Virus record (IMG/VR): IMGVR_UViG_3300009430_000004
Span: 154,089-218,088 of that record
Reading direction: 5' to 3' (one strand)
Length of the DNA: 64,000 bases
Part shown: positions 36,906 through 46,671 of the stretch, piece after piece
How positions within the stretch are numbered: position 1 is the stretch's first letter
Layout of the letters: every line of letters starts with the position of its first letter
Program-made: the position numbers and the translations under genes
The notes under the pieces: model-generated
Databases searched by the model: none
Seen by the model: only the letters and a program-made list of their open reading frames with translations
Told to the model about the DNA's origin: nothing

Positions 36906-38144
36906 ATGGCTAATAGAATGCTTGAAAGATTAAGAGAAAAAGATAAAAAAGGCTTATTCAAAGCCTCACAAACTTCTATAAGTTATCCGACAGGATTCGT
37001 TCCATTCGATTATAGAAATGGATATATGGTTCAGGTAAGAGACCTGGATGAGAATTTAATAACTGAGTACCCGTCAGTGGGAATGGTAGGGGGAACCTTT
37101 ATCACCATCATAGGTAAGTCGGGTACAGCAAAGACAACATTCGCTGCACAGATAGCGGCAAAGATTGTACGACCATATGAAAATGCGTTCGTACAACATT
37201 ATGACCTCGAACAAGCTTTGACATATACAAGAATAAAGAATATCACTGGCTTGTTACAGAGAGAAATGGATGATAAGTATATACTTAAGCAGGAAAAGAA
37301 CTTTATTGAGGATATCTTTGACTCAATAATGGCTATAGCTAATGAGAAAGAGGCGAATAAAGCTGATTACACATACAATACGGGATTATTGGATGAGTTT
37401 AACAGACCTATATTTGCCTATGTTCCGACAGTAATAATTGTCGACTCTATACCTACAATTGCTTCTAAAGATACAGGAGATGCAATGGAAGGTGGTACTT
37501 ATGCTAACAGAGTTGCTAAGGCATTGGCTCAGTTCTATAAGAGATTGATGCCAGTAATAAAGACTTACAACATAACTGTTATTGCTATTAATCATATCAA
37601 TCAGAAGATTGAGATTAATCCAATGATGAAGACTCAACCTCAGTTATTATATATGAAGATGGATGAGTCAATACCAGGTGGAAATGCACCAATTTACTAT
37701 GCACATAATCTTCTTAAATTTATCTCAGTTGGTTCTGAGAAATATAATATGGAAGAGCATGGATTCGACGGATTTAAAACTCGTTGTGAGCTACTCAAAT
37801 CAAGAACAAACAAAGCAGGTCAATACTGCAATCTTATTTACAATCAGGTTACTGGTTTCGACCCAGTTCTTACTATGTATGACTTTGCTAAAGAAAACGA
37901 ATTGGTTGATGGAAGAAGACCATACAACTATATCGTGGACTACAAAGACATCAAATTCGATGCTAAGGTATTTAAGAAAGAGTTCTTGACTAATGATAAG
38001 CTCAGATTTGCATTATTTGATAAGACTGTGCCTATATTACAGAAACAGCTTTCAAGGGTTGACCCTGAAGAAAGTAGCACAATGCACATTAGTGAAATAC
38101 TTGATAGACTTGAAAGGTCACAAGAAAAGGAATTCGCAGCTTAA
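36906..38144 (+). CDS. recA: RecA/UvsX-like recombinase
   Basis: GKSGTAKTT Walker A, YDLEQA, IIVDSI Walker B, INHI, PGGNAPIYYA. Confidence 0.85.
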   Translation: MANRMLERLREKDKKGLFKASQTSISYPTGFVPFDYRNGYMVQVRDLDENLITEYPSVGMVGGTFITIIGKSGTAKTTFAAQIAAKIVRPYENAFVQHYDLEQALTYTRIKNITGLLQREMDDKYILKQEKNFIEDIFDSIMAIANEKEANKADYTYNTGLLDEFNRPIFAYVPTVIIVDSIPTIASKDTGDAMEGGTYANRVAKALAQFYKRLMPVIKTYNITVIAINHINQKIEINPMMKTQPQLLYMKMDESIPGGNAPIYYAHNLLKFISVGSEKYNMEEHGFDGFKTRCELLKSRTNKAGQYCNLIYNQVTGFDPVLTMYDFAKENELVDGRRPYNYIVDYKDIKFDAKVFKKEFLTNDKLRFALFDKTVPILQKQLSRVDPEESSTMHISEILDRLERSQEKEFAA

Positions 38145-38145
38145 T

Positions 38146-38155
38146 TATATATTAT
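38146..38155 (+). promoter_or_regulatory. Early motif (nvRNAP beta-C)
   Basis: TATATATTAT. Confidence 0.6.
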
Positions 38156-38183
38156 TAGTATGGTAGAGACAGAATAATATATA

Positions 38184-40496
38184 ATGAAAGGAGACAGGCA
38201 AATGTCAAATGTTCAACCGAAACCACAATTAAGAAAAGAAAAAGACTATATTAATACGACAACGATAAGGTTGAAAGAGACCTTATGTGAAAAAGAGGAA
38301 AAGTACCATTTTAAAGATGATATATTCGGTATGACATTACTAACGAACCCTGGATATATAAGTGCTTCAAGAAATATAATGTTTACATCACATTTGAGGC
38401 AGTTCGTTAACCTGTTGAACCCTGAGTTTCCAAAGGTGTTTACCAACTATGAAAATATAGTTGGTAAATACTCAACTGGATATTATAGGGCGAAAACAGA
38501 TTTAAAGGTAGTTGATAAAATAGCTAAGTTCGGCAACGGAGTATTGGACAATCATCTATATCTTCTATTCACATATGATGAAGAGAATGATAAATATGAT
38601 GTTATTCAGAAACGTATAGTTGAAGACTTAACAGAAAAGTTCGGGTTCCCTTACAATAATGAAGTAATGGATGCTAAGGAACCAGGAGATGAAGTAAGAG
38701 CAGGAGAGGTGTTATACAAGACACCGTCATATGATGAGGACATGAATTACTGTTATGGTAAGAATGTCAAGTTCATGTATCTGCTAGATAATGACACCAT
38801 AGAGGACGCAATAAAGTGTTCTAAGTCATTTGCAAAGTCTATGAAATCTAAGGAAGTAGAAACTGTTAAAGTGTCCCTAAATGATAACGATATATTCTGT
38901 AATTATTATGGGACAAACGAAGAGTACAAGTGCTTCCCAGATATTAATGAGTTTATAAAGGATAAGATAGTTTGTGTTAAACGAAGAATACACAACAATC
39001 AGCTTTTATATGATGTAAAGAAATCAAATCTAAGAAAAATCAATTTTATGTCAGACAGCCTATCATTCTGTGAAGGTAGAATTGTAGACATAAATATCTA
39101 TTCAAATAAACCAATAGAAGAGATAGAAGACAATAGCTTTAATAGGCAATTATTAAAATATATTAAAATGCAGAGAGAATTCTACATCAAGGTTTATGAG
39201 AGATGTAAAAAGATAATAGACTCTGGCTCAAAGTATTCCAGTGAAGTTAACTTCTACTATAAGAAAGCTAAGAACATTCTCGATGAAAAGTATAAATGGA
39301 AAGAAGAAGATAATTCAGTATTCAGTAATATGATTATTGAATTCTTAATCGAGAGAGATGTTGAACTTTCAGTGGGACAGAAGATTACAGGACGATATGG
39401 AAATAAGGGAGTAGTATCTGAAATACTTCCAGACGAGGAAATGCCGTTCTTGGAAACTGGGGAAAGAGTTGATATCATATTCAATACTCTCGGCGTTATA
39501 AACAGAACAAATTCATTCCAGTTAATGGAGCAGTCAATTAACTTTATTTGTAACAGAGTAAGGGAAAGACTGAAGATTATGAATGATTTGAAAGAGAAGG
39601 AAAAATTATTATTTAAGATAATTAATTACTTCAATGACAAGCAGGCTGATAGTCTGCATGATTACTATAAGAGATTGGCTAAAGTCGACAAAGAAGATTT
39701 CTTTGAAGATATTATAGAAAGAGGAATATTTGTTCATATCCCGCCACTATGGGAAGACAGGAGTCTATTCGATAGACTTAACGACATTTATAAAGAATTC
39801 ACATGGATTAAACCATATGATGTTTATGTCAATAGGTTTGGTAGAAAGATAAAGATGTTGAAACAGTTAATAGTCGGGGATATGTACGTTATAAAATTAA
39901 AACAAACATCAAAGAAAGGTTTCTCGGTAAGAGCAACAGGTTCTCTTAGTAAGAGAGGCGTTCCAGAGAAATCTAATAAGGCTAAAAATCATCAGGAGCT
40001 TTATTCAAGAACACCTATAAGAATAGGTATTGATGAAAATCTCAATACTGCAATTGGTGTTGAAACCGAAGAAATAGCTAAGATCCACTTATTCTATAGG
40101 TCATCAGTTATAGGAAGACGAGACCTAGGAGAAAGATTAACAACAAATATTAAGGAAGTAAAGGAATTTAAATATTCACCAGAGTTTAAGAATAGAAATG
40201 TTGAGATTCTTCAAGCTTATCTTAAAGCAATGGGTCTGAAAATAGACTTTGAAGAGGATAAGTATTTCATAGATATATTCCTAGGTAGTATGGAGGAATA
40301 TAATTATGGGGATAAAACCTTTATATGCACTAGGAGAGAGTTTGAAGATAGAAAAACTAGGATGGACGTTGAAACTGACTTCCGAGAAAAGAACTATTTC
40401 GTTGGCTCTAAGGCTGAATATGAGGAAGCTGTCGATAAAAGAGTCAATGATGTCAATTTAAGAAAGTCTAAGTATGTAATAGATGTAAAAATGTAA
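38184..40496 (+). CDS. RNA polymerase beta C-terminal half, probably non-virion RNAP
   Basis: TIEDAI, GQKITGRYGNKGVVS..LPDEEMP, VDIIFNTLGVINR, VGDMYVIKLK motifs; early motif upstream. Confidence 0.9.
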   Translation: MKGDRQMSNVQPKPQLRKEKDYINTTTIRLKETLCEKEEKYHFKDDIFGMTLLTNPGYISASRNIMFTSHLRQFVNLLNPEFPKVFTNYENIVGKYSTGYYRAKTDLKVVDKIAKFGNGVLDNHLYLLFTYDEENDKYDVIQKRIVEDLTEKFGFPYNNEVMDAKEPGDEVRAGEVLYKTPSYDEDMNYCYGKNVKFMYLLDNDTIEDAIKCSKSFAKSMKSKEVETVKVSLNDNDIFCNYYGTNEEYKCFPDINEFIKDKIVCVKRRIHNNQLLYDVKKSNLRKINFMSDSLSFCEGRIVDINIYSNKPIEEIEDNSFNRQLLKYIKMQREFYIKVYERCKKIIDSGSKYSSEVNFYYKKAKNILDEKYKWKEEDNSVFSNMIIEFLIERDVELSVGQKITGRYGNKGVVSEILPDEEMPFLETGERVDIIFNTLGVINRTNSFQLMEQSINFICNRVRERLKIMNDLKEKEKLLFKIINYFNDKQADSLHDYYKRLAKVDKEDFFEDIIERGIFVHIPPLWEDRSLFDRLNDIYKEFTWIKPYDVYVNRFGRKIKMLKQLIVGDMYVIKLKQTSKKGFSVRATGSLSKRGVPEKSNKAKNHQELYSRTPIRIGIDENLNTAIGVETEEIAKIHLFYRSSVIGRRDLGERLTTNIKEVKEFKYSPEFKNRNVEILQAYLKAMGLKIDFEEDKYFIDIFLGSMEEYNYGDKTFICTRREFEDRKTRMDVETDFREKNYFVGSKAEYEEAVDKRVNDVNLRKSKYVIDVKM

Positions 40497-40532
40497 GAAT
40501 AAGGTATGGGGTTTCCCATACCTTATTTTTTT
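40497..40532 (+). terminator. AATAAGG-family terminator
   Basis: AATAAGGTATGGG / CCCATACCTTATT. Confidence 0.8.
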
Positions 40533-40556
40533 GTCAAAACTCAATAATCGTAAAAC

Positions 40557-40587
40557 CGTATTTACTCGATTATCAAATATATATTAT
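40557..40587 (+). promoter_or_regulatory. CGTA-N17-TATATATTAT promoter
   Basis: CGTA 40557-60, TATATATTAT 40578-87. Confidence 0.7.
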
Positions 40588-40636
40588 TATTGTAGATATA
40601 CATAAGATATGGGATTATGTGTATTGAATATATTCT

Positions 40637-41209
40637 ATGGGAGGAATAGAAATGAAAAGTATAGTAAACTTAATAGTATTAATTATTATCTGCGTGGTAG
40701 GAGTTGAGGTGGCAAATAAAATCGTTAGCTGTTTTAACAACGGTGAGGAGGTAAAGGTTGTAGCTATAATAACTACAATAGTTGTTGTGGCAATCATTGT
40801 TCTAGCAAAAGAATTTTTATGTGTTGGAACCGAACCTGGTATAAATGAGGAAGATGAGGACGATGACTCAAAAGGAGGTCGAGTAATTAACCTAACTCAT
40901 TACAGAAGGGAAGATGGTGAATACGCTCAAATCACACCTGTTAAGGTGATAGATAATGTCAATAAGTTTGATAATGATGAGGATTTGTATGTTCCTGCAT
41001 TATCTAGGGTTGAAAAGGAGAACTTAATACATTATGAAAGGATTGATACGGAGTCAATCAAACAAGAAGTTCTCAGGATGATTTCAACTGGCAACAGAAG
41101 AATTGAAATGGAAGTTGTCGAAAGATTAAACAGACTTGCACAAGTAGAGGACACTTCAGAGTTTATGGAAGAGAATCCTCAAGTATTAAAATTCATATTT
41201 AGTTATTAA
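40637..41209 (+). CDS. Membrane protein with two N-terminal TM segments
   Basis: Two hydrophobic stretches then acidic domain; CGTA-class promoter; true start likely ATG 40652. Confidence 0.6.
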   Translation: MGGIEMKSIVNLIVLIIICVVGVEVANKIVSCFNNGEEVKVVAIITTIVVVAIIVLAKEFLCVGTEPGINEEDEDDDSKGGRVINLTHYRREDGEYAQITPVKVIDNVNKFDNDEDLYVPALSRVEKENLIHYERIDTESIKQEVLRMISTGNRRIEMEVVERLNRLAQVEDTSEFMEENPQVLKFIFSY

Positions 41210-41229
41210 TTGAAAGGGTGGGAAATTAA

Positions 41230-42360
41230 ATGAATAAGAAAGTAAACCAAATCAGACCAACAAGAGTTATAGAGGTAGTTGAGCTAATCGAGAAAATCCG
41301 TGCAGAACATCCAACAGCAACATTGAGAAATGTATTCCAGTTGCTTAAATCAGGTAAGGCATATTCCAGATTGAATGATTATGAAAAGAAGAAAATTTGG
41401 GACGAGCCAGATATCACCGCTGCCTTACAAGTGTTTGTCAATAACTCCAATGAAGATGATAAACAACTTTTTGAAAAATCTTCAGATATGAATGAAACTG
41501 TTGACAGGATCATTGGAGACATAATGGCTGGTAAGACTTATAATTCTTCTGAAGGAGATAACGAAGAGTTGGAAACTGACAAAAATAAAGGAGAAGACGA
41601 AAACATGGAAAATTATATTAAGAAAACTGGCGAAGACACAACTCCAAAAAATATTGAAGAATACTTTAAAAGTGAAAGTGGGGAAGAAGCTATGAAAACC
41701 GAGCAAACTGGAACTAAAGGTGAAGAAAATAAATCTGAAAAGACATCACCTAAGAAATATAACGGCAAAGCCTTCATATTCAAATATAAGAAAGCAGTTG
41801 ACCTAAATGAGACTATAGAAGTCTCAATCGGAGACAAAGATGGGAACAAAGAAAGCAACAAAGATGAAAATTGGAAAACAATTGAAGGTGTTGAATACGA
41901 AACTAAAGACGGGGCTGAAGCTGGTGAAAAGAAATCTGGGATAGTAGTTGAGTTTGTTAAGAAACTTAAGATGCTACAAGAAAAGGAATCAGAATCTTTT
42001 ACAAAGCTTGTTAATATAATCAAAGAAAAGAAGAGCCTTGATCTGGATGATCTTATAGAAGAAATGGATATGAGATTATTCGGTTTGATTGGTGTAATCA
42101 TGGCGTTTGCTAGTAAGTCCAATGTTGAAAAGCATCAAATAGCACAGTACATAGTATGTACTGCTGAAGGGCTATATGATTATGCAGTTTATGAATCTGA
42201 TGTTACAGGTACTGATATAGTAGTTTCGGGTAATGTTATTCCTTTCAAGAAGAAGGAAGAAATAGTTACTAAAAAGACGGAAGACTATAGCCATATACAT
42301 TTTCCAAGTGTAAAAACTAAACTTGAAGGGATGGCTAAGAGAAGAGCATTATTCGGTTAA
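41230..42360 (+). CDS. Hypothetical protein with acidic low-complexity centre
   Basis: 376 aa, GAAAGGGTGGG RBS. Confidence 0.65.
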   Translation: MNKKVNQIRPTRVIEVVELIEKIRAEHPTATLRNVFQLLKSGKAYSRLNDYEKKKIWDEPDITAALQVFVNNSNEDDKQLFEKSSDMNETVDRIIGDIMAGKTYNSSEGDNEELETDKNKGEDENMENYIKKTGEDTTPKNIEEYFKSESGEEAMKTEQTGTKGEENKSEKTSPKKYNGKAFIFKYKKAVDLNETIEVSIGDKDGNKESNKDENWKTIEGVEYETKDGAEAGEKKSGIVVEFVKKLKMLQEKESESFTKLVNIIKEKKSLDLDDLIEEMDMRLFGLIGVIMAFASKSNVEKHQIAQYIVCTAEGLYDYAVYESDVTGTDIVVSGNVIPFKKKEEIVTKKTEDYSHIHFPSVKTKLEGMAKRRALFG

Positions 42361-42367
42361 TTTATAA

Positions 42368-42406
42368 AATAAAAATAAGGGCAAATCTTCATGCCCTTAT
42401 TTTTTT
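42368..42406 (+). terminator. AATAAGG-family terminator
   Basis: AAAAATAAGGGCA / TGCCCTTATTTTT. Confidence 0.75.
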
Positions 42407-42426
42407 CCTTTAATTCGTATTATACT

Positions 42427-42448
42427 TATATATTATAACAAAGTAATA
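42427..42448 (+). promoter_or_regulatory. Overlapping early and late promoters
   Basis: TATATATTAT AACAAA GTA and AACA AAGTAA TA. Confidence 0.65.
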
Positions 42449-42474
42449 ATAAATCGAAAGGTGGTAATTTTATC

Positions 42475-43113
42475 ATGAAGAGAACAAAAATATTTATGGG
42501 CTTAGAGTTCACAGGATTAAGAAAGGACACTAGCCTTGTGTCTATAGGATTAGTTTCAGAAGATGGTAGAGAATTCTACGCTGAAGCTACAGATTATGAA
42601 CCGATACTTGTTGACCAATGGTTAAAGGATAACGTTATAAGCAAGTTAAAATACCAAGGTGTTCAAGCATCACCATTGAATGGAGAAGGGGAAATTGTCG
42701 TTCAAGAGGAGCCTGTGGTAAACGAAGAAAATCTTCCGTTCCACATATACATGTGCGACAAATCTTCGGTGATTGCTCAAAGTCTCAGAGAATGGTTTGC
42801 ACAGTTTGATTTTGTTGAAATATGGTGCGATGTTTATGCGTATGACTGGGTTGTATTCTGCGACTTGTTTGGTACTACAGCATTTGATATTCCAGCAAAT
42901 ATATACTACATTCCATTTGACCTTGCTACTGCAATGAGGATGTGTTCAGTAAACCCAGATTTGAACAGAGAAGGTTATGTTGCTATCCCTGAAGTGAACA
43001 GAGCTACTAATCAGCATAATGCATTATGGGATGCAAAGATTCAATTGCTTACATTAGCAAGACTTCAAAAGAAATATGACTTCGCAGATAGAGCATTAAA
43101 ATTTGATTTCTAA
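42475..43113 (+). CDS. DEDDh 3'-5' exonuclease-like protein (Rv2179c-like), first Asp replaced
   Basis: G-L-EFTGL, SIGLV, YDW, HNALWDA motifs. Confidence 0.75.
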   Translation: MKRTKIFMGLEFTGLRKDTSLVSIGLVSEDGREFYAEATDYEPILVDQWLKDNVISKLKYQGVQASPLNGEGEIVVQEEPVVNEENLPFHIYMCDKSSVIAQSLREWFAQFDFVEIWCDVYAYDWVVFCDLFGTTAFDIPANIYYIPFDLATAMRMCSVNPDLNREGYVAIPEVNRATNQHNALWDAKIQLLTLARLQKKYDFADRALKFDF

Positions 43114-43142
43114 ATCAGGAAGGGTCAATCCCTTCCTGATTT
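43113..43142 (+). terminator. Intrinsic terminator
   Basis: AATCAGGAAGGG / CCCTTCCTGATT. Confidence 0.7.
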
Positions 43143-43172
43143 ATATATTATTCTCTTGTAAACATAACAATG
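43142..43172 (+). promoter_or_regulatory. Early and late promoters (ligase)
   Basis: TATATATTAT TCTCTT GTA; AACA TAACAA TG. Confidence 0.65.
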
Positions 43173-43184
43173 GAGGTGAGGTAA

Positions 43185-45269
43185 ATGATGGATAAAGACA
43201 TGCTAATTGGAGCATTGTCCACGATATATCTAACTATTGAAGAGAAAGATGATTATGCTAAAGCAATAGAAATGTTAAATGCCATGAAAATAAATAGTTT
43301 AGTTAATTATTATATTAACGTGGCTGAAGAGTATGATGAACAAGATTCTGTTATCATACAACAAATCATATGGATACTCCAAGCAATATATAATAATAGT
43401 GGGGAGATATCTCCTGTGACGGATGAAGATTATGATAAGATATATGAAATAAATAGGACATTTACTGGTGAAGAAATAGTAGGTTCCTTTAATGCTTCAG
43501 ATAGAAATATATCTAATCATAAGTATCCTGATTTAAGAGGAACCTTAGATAAGGTTCATTTTATTACCCTCGAAGATAAGGGTAAAGATAAAAGAAAGTC
43601 AATCCCAGAATGGAGAAAAGCAGTAGAAAATAAACTGGGGCGACCTTTAACCGATGATGAATGTCAAATGTATGCATTTCCTAAATTTGATGGTTTATCT
43701 GAAATATTTGAGTGTGATAATACTGGATTAGTCGAGAAAGTATTGTCGAGGGGAGATACAGATAAGAACGAAGCTGTTGATACCACTAAATTATTTAAGG
43801 GAACTAAATTCAGTATGATTGAAGGATGGAATTCACCTTATGGAATAAAGACAGAGGTTGTAATGTCAGAAGATAATTATAATGAACTCTGTTCTAAGGA
43901 AGGTGACTTTAAGAGTCCAAGAAGTGCAGTATCGTCCATATTGAATTCAAAGGAACTTGATAGGAAGTATCTAAAATATCTGACTGTAGTTCCATTACAG
44001 ATTCAGAATTATGATACTAAGCAAATAATAGTGGCACCATCAATGTTTCAACAATATCCATGGAGTCTAATAAATCTTAATGATGAAGACCATATGAGAG
44101 AAACCTTTAATGGTATAAAGAAAAAGATGGAAACAGAATATGGTGTACCTATAGACGGTATAGTTTTAAGATTTAAGAATACAAATCTTCATACTGTGTT
44201 AGGACGAGATGGTGCAATTAATAAATATGAGGTTGCATTTAAGTTTCCACCAGAGCAGAAGAAAACCATATTAAAGGATATAGACTTCTCAGTAGGTATC
44301 CTTGGAGGGGTTACCCCTGTTGCTAAAATAGAACCTGTTAAAATTAAAGGTAATACAATCAAAAGTATTAGCTTAGGTTCTATTGATAGATTTGAAAGCT
44401 TTGAATTCAGAGTTGGAGATGAGGTAATTGTAAAATATGATATTATACCTTATCTGACAAAAGATGAAACATGTAAACCTGGGATTGGAAAGAAATTTGA
44501 AACTCCTAAAGAATGTCCATTTTGTCATGAGGAGTTAAAGAAAGACCCTGTGTTAAAATGTGTTAATCTAAATTGTGAATCTAGAGCTATAGGTAAGATT
44601 CTTAATTATGTAGAAAAGATGAGAATCGCTAATATATCTATTGGTATAATAACAACCCTATTCAAGGCAGGTTATTTAAAGTCTATCGAAGACTTATATA
44701 AACTGGAAAAACATAAGAGGTCTATTGTTATGATGGACGGATTCGGTGAAACATCTTTCAATAAGATTATTGCAGGTGTAGATTCGAGAAGAGATGTATA
44801 TGACTATGAATTTATGGGGTCATTAGGTATCCCAGATATCGGTCGCAAAATGTTTAAAAAGATTTCAAATATATATTATCTAGATGAGTTAATACAGATA
44901 TGTATTAATGACAAGGCTGAAAAGCTTACTGCGATAGGAGGTATAAAGAAGAAGACAGCTAATAAAATTATAGAAGGTGTAAACCTTAATAAAGATTTAA
45001 TTACATTTCTACGTTCCGAGTTAAAAATTAGGAGGGATGAACGAAGATATACAATCAAAGTGTACTTCACAAAAGTGAGGGATAAAGAATTTGCAAAGTA
45101 TCTTGAAAGTAAAGATGTCTTAATAATGGAAAGCTATAACAATGAAGTTGATTTGTTAATCATTCCAGACAGAAATACTGAATCAAGTAAAATAACTAAG
45201 GCTCAAAAAGCTAATAAGGAAATCGTCACAATTGACGAGGCTTATAAGATGTTCGGTTATAACCAGTAA
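43185..45269 (+). CDS. ligA: NAD-dependent DNA ligase
   Basis: KFDG adenylation motif, DGIV, AFKFP, OB fold, CPFC..C...C Zn finger, BRCT tail. Confidence 0.92.
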   Translation: MMDKDMLIGALSTIYLTIEEKDDYAKAIEMLNAMKINSLVNYYINVAEEYDEQDSVIIQQIIWILQAIYNNSGEISPVTDEDYDKIYEINRTFTGEEIVGSFNASDRNISNHKYPDLRGTLDKVHFITLEDKGKDKRKSIPEWRKAVENKLGRPLTDDECQMYAFPKFDGLSEIFECDNTGLVEKVLSRGDTDKNEAVDTTKLFKGTKFSMIEGWNSPYGIKTEVVMSEDNYNELCSKEGDFKSPRSAVSSILNSKELDRKYLKYLTVVPLQIQNYDTKQIIVAPSMFQQYPWSLINLNDEDHMRETFNGIKKKMETEYGVPIDGIVLRFKNTNLHTVLGRDGAINKYEVAFKFPPEQKKTILKDIDFSVGILGGVTPVAKIEPVKIKGNTIKSISLGSIDRFESFEFRVGDEVIVKYDIIPYLTKDETCKPGIGKKFETPKECPFCHEELKKDPVLKCVNLNCESRAIGKILNYVEKMRIANISIGIITTLFKAGYLKSIEDLYKLEKHKRSIVMMDGFGETSFNKIIAGVDSRRDVYDYEFMGSLGIPDIGRKMFKKISNIYYLDELIQICINDKAEKLTAIGGIKKKTANKIIEGVNLNKDLITFLRSELKIRRDERRYTIKVYFTKVRDKEFAKYLESKDVLIMESYNNEVDLLIIPDRNTESSKITKAQKANKEIVTIDEAYKMFGYNQ

Positions 45270-45292
45270 TAATAAAAAATTATTCACTGGAT

Positions 45293-45342
45293 AACATATC
45301 AATGAAGGCAAAAATAAATTATAATTATATTATTAGGAGGTA
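45293..45342 (+). promoter_or_regulatory. Late promoter plus 22-bp shared leader, copy 3
   Basis: AACA TATCAA TG; leader 45321-45342. Confidence 0.75.
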
Positions 45343-45349
45343 GACAATT

Positions 45350-45703
45350 ATGTCAAAGGAAAATGCAAGACTTATTGAAATCAGAGAAAATGAAAAGGAA
45401 ATAATGAAGGTAGCTGAGAAAGCTCAGAAGTACCTAGAAGAAGAAAATAACATAGTTATCACTCATCCAGCAGCAATCCCAACAATCGGATATGCTTTCT
45501 TACGTTGCCTGATAGAGCACCTCAATGAGAACAAATCAGTTGGAAACAACATTGAGATTAACGTAATGCAGCTTTTCGATATGGGTATCAGCTATAGAGA
45601 GAACGATGATGCAGAGAAAGAAGGAAACTTCGATCCATATCTTAGACCTGGTCAAGAGTTCAAGCTTCTTGTTAAGGATGATGGTGAGACTGAAGAGGAT
45701 TAA
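45350..45703 (+). CDS. Divergent HU/IHF-like DNA-binding protein
   Basis: Two helices, then I.V.QLF...ISYR, F.PGQEFKLLVK pattern; 22-bp shared leader. Confidence 0.6.
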   Translation: MSKENARLIEIRENEKEIMKVAEKAQKYLEEENNIVITHPAAIPTIGYAFLRCLIEHLNENKSVGNNIEINVMQLFDMGISYRENDDAEKEGNFDPYLRPGQEFKLLVKDDGETEED

Positions 45704-45709
45704 TAGAAT

Positions 45710-45748
45710 CATAATATCGGATGGGGTTTCCCATCCGATATAATTTAT
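45710..45748 (+). terminator. Intrinsic terminator
   Basis: ATATCGGATGGG / CCCATCCGATAT. Confidence 0.7.
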
Positions 45749-45794
45749 ATATTCAGTTAAACATTTTTTTCTATTAGGAGAGGGGGTAAAAACT

Positions 45795-46295
45795 ATGTTT
45801 ACTTACAATGGTGTTAGGTTTAACGAACTTGAGGAAGTGACTGTAAAAGAAGGTCCTTTCAAGGGAGTACGAGGAAAATTTATTGGGTCTAAACACTGTC
45901 CTACAGAACAAAACCAGTTGAGATTTATTGCTGAAGTAAGAGTAGACCATATTAATACATTAGAGGTTGAATTCAGTAATTTACAAAAAGATGGTATTGA
46001 TTATATAATTTGCTTAGTTAGCGAATTTGCTGGTGAGCAAGTAATTGAGAAGATTATCCATACTGTAACGCTCCGTAATGATACTGAGCTGGGTAATTAT
46101 TTGACAGAACTTGATAGAGGACTTGCTCTAAAGACAAGGATTGAAACATTTACATCTCTTAAGATGCAGATAAATGAGAAGCTGAGATATTTTTACAAAG
46201 CTTTCTCAGCCGAAGACATGAAGCTTGAGATGTATATAGATAATATTCCTCTTCGTTCTGATGTTGTAACTTATTTTAAAAGTAGAATGATGTAG
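45795..46295 (+). CDS. KOW (NusG-CTD-like) domain protein
   Basis: EVTVKEGPFKGVRGKF ... LEVEFSNLQK. Confidence 0.55.
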   Translation: MFTYNGVRFNELEEVTVKEGPFKGVRGKFIGSKHCPTEQNQLRFIAEVRVDHINTLEVEFSNLQKDGIDYIICLVSEFAGEQVIEKIIHTVTLRNDTELGNYLTELDRGLALKTRIETFTSLKMQINEKLRYFYKAFSAEDMKLEMYIDNIPLRSDVVTYFKSRMM

Positions 46296-46306
46296 GGGGG
46301 CTGGAT

Positions 46307-46561
46307 ATGGATATGTTAGATGGAAAGCACCTTACAGAACCTTGTGAGGTGTTTATTGGTTATGTGACATTTAAAGATGGCACTAAAGAAGTATACCATA
46401 CAGCTCAGAAATCTAAAGAATCTGCACAAGCTTTCTTTGAAATAATGGCAACATCTTACGGGATGTTTGAATATAAAGATATAAAGGTTGTACCATTAAA
46501 TGAAGCTCTATTAGATTCTGGATATAAGGTTATTGCAATTGCAACAGTCCCAACGGAGTAA
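46307..46561 (+). CDS. Hypothetical protein
   Basis: 84 aa, AGGGGGG RBS. Confidence 0.6.
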   Translation: MDMLDGKHLTEPCEVFIGYVTFKDGTKEVYHTAQKSKESAQAFFEIMATSYGMFEYKDIKVVPLNEALLDSGYKVIAIATVPTE

Positions 46562-46580
46562 ACTCTAAACTGATTTTATT

Positions 46581-46599
46581 CATATATTATATATTCGTA
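46581..46599 (+). promoter_or_regulatory. Early promoter variant (nvRNAP beta-N)
   Basis: CATATATTAT ATATTC GTA. Confidence 0.6.
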
Positions 46600-46671
46600 A
46601 GGAGGTGTGAATAAAATCAGTTTTATTTTATATTGACACAAAAAATCTATGTTCCTGAAGGGGGAAATTCG

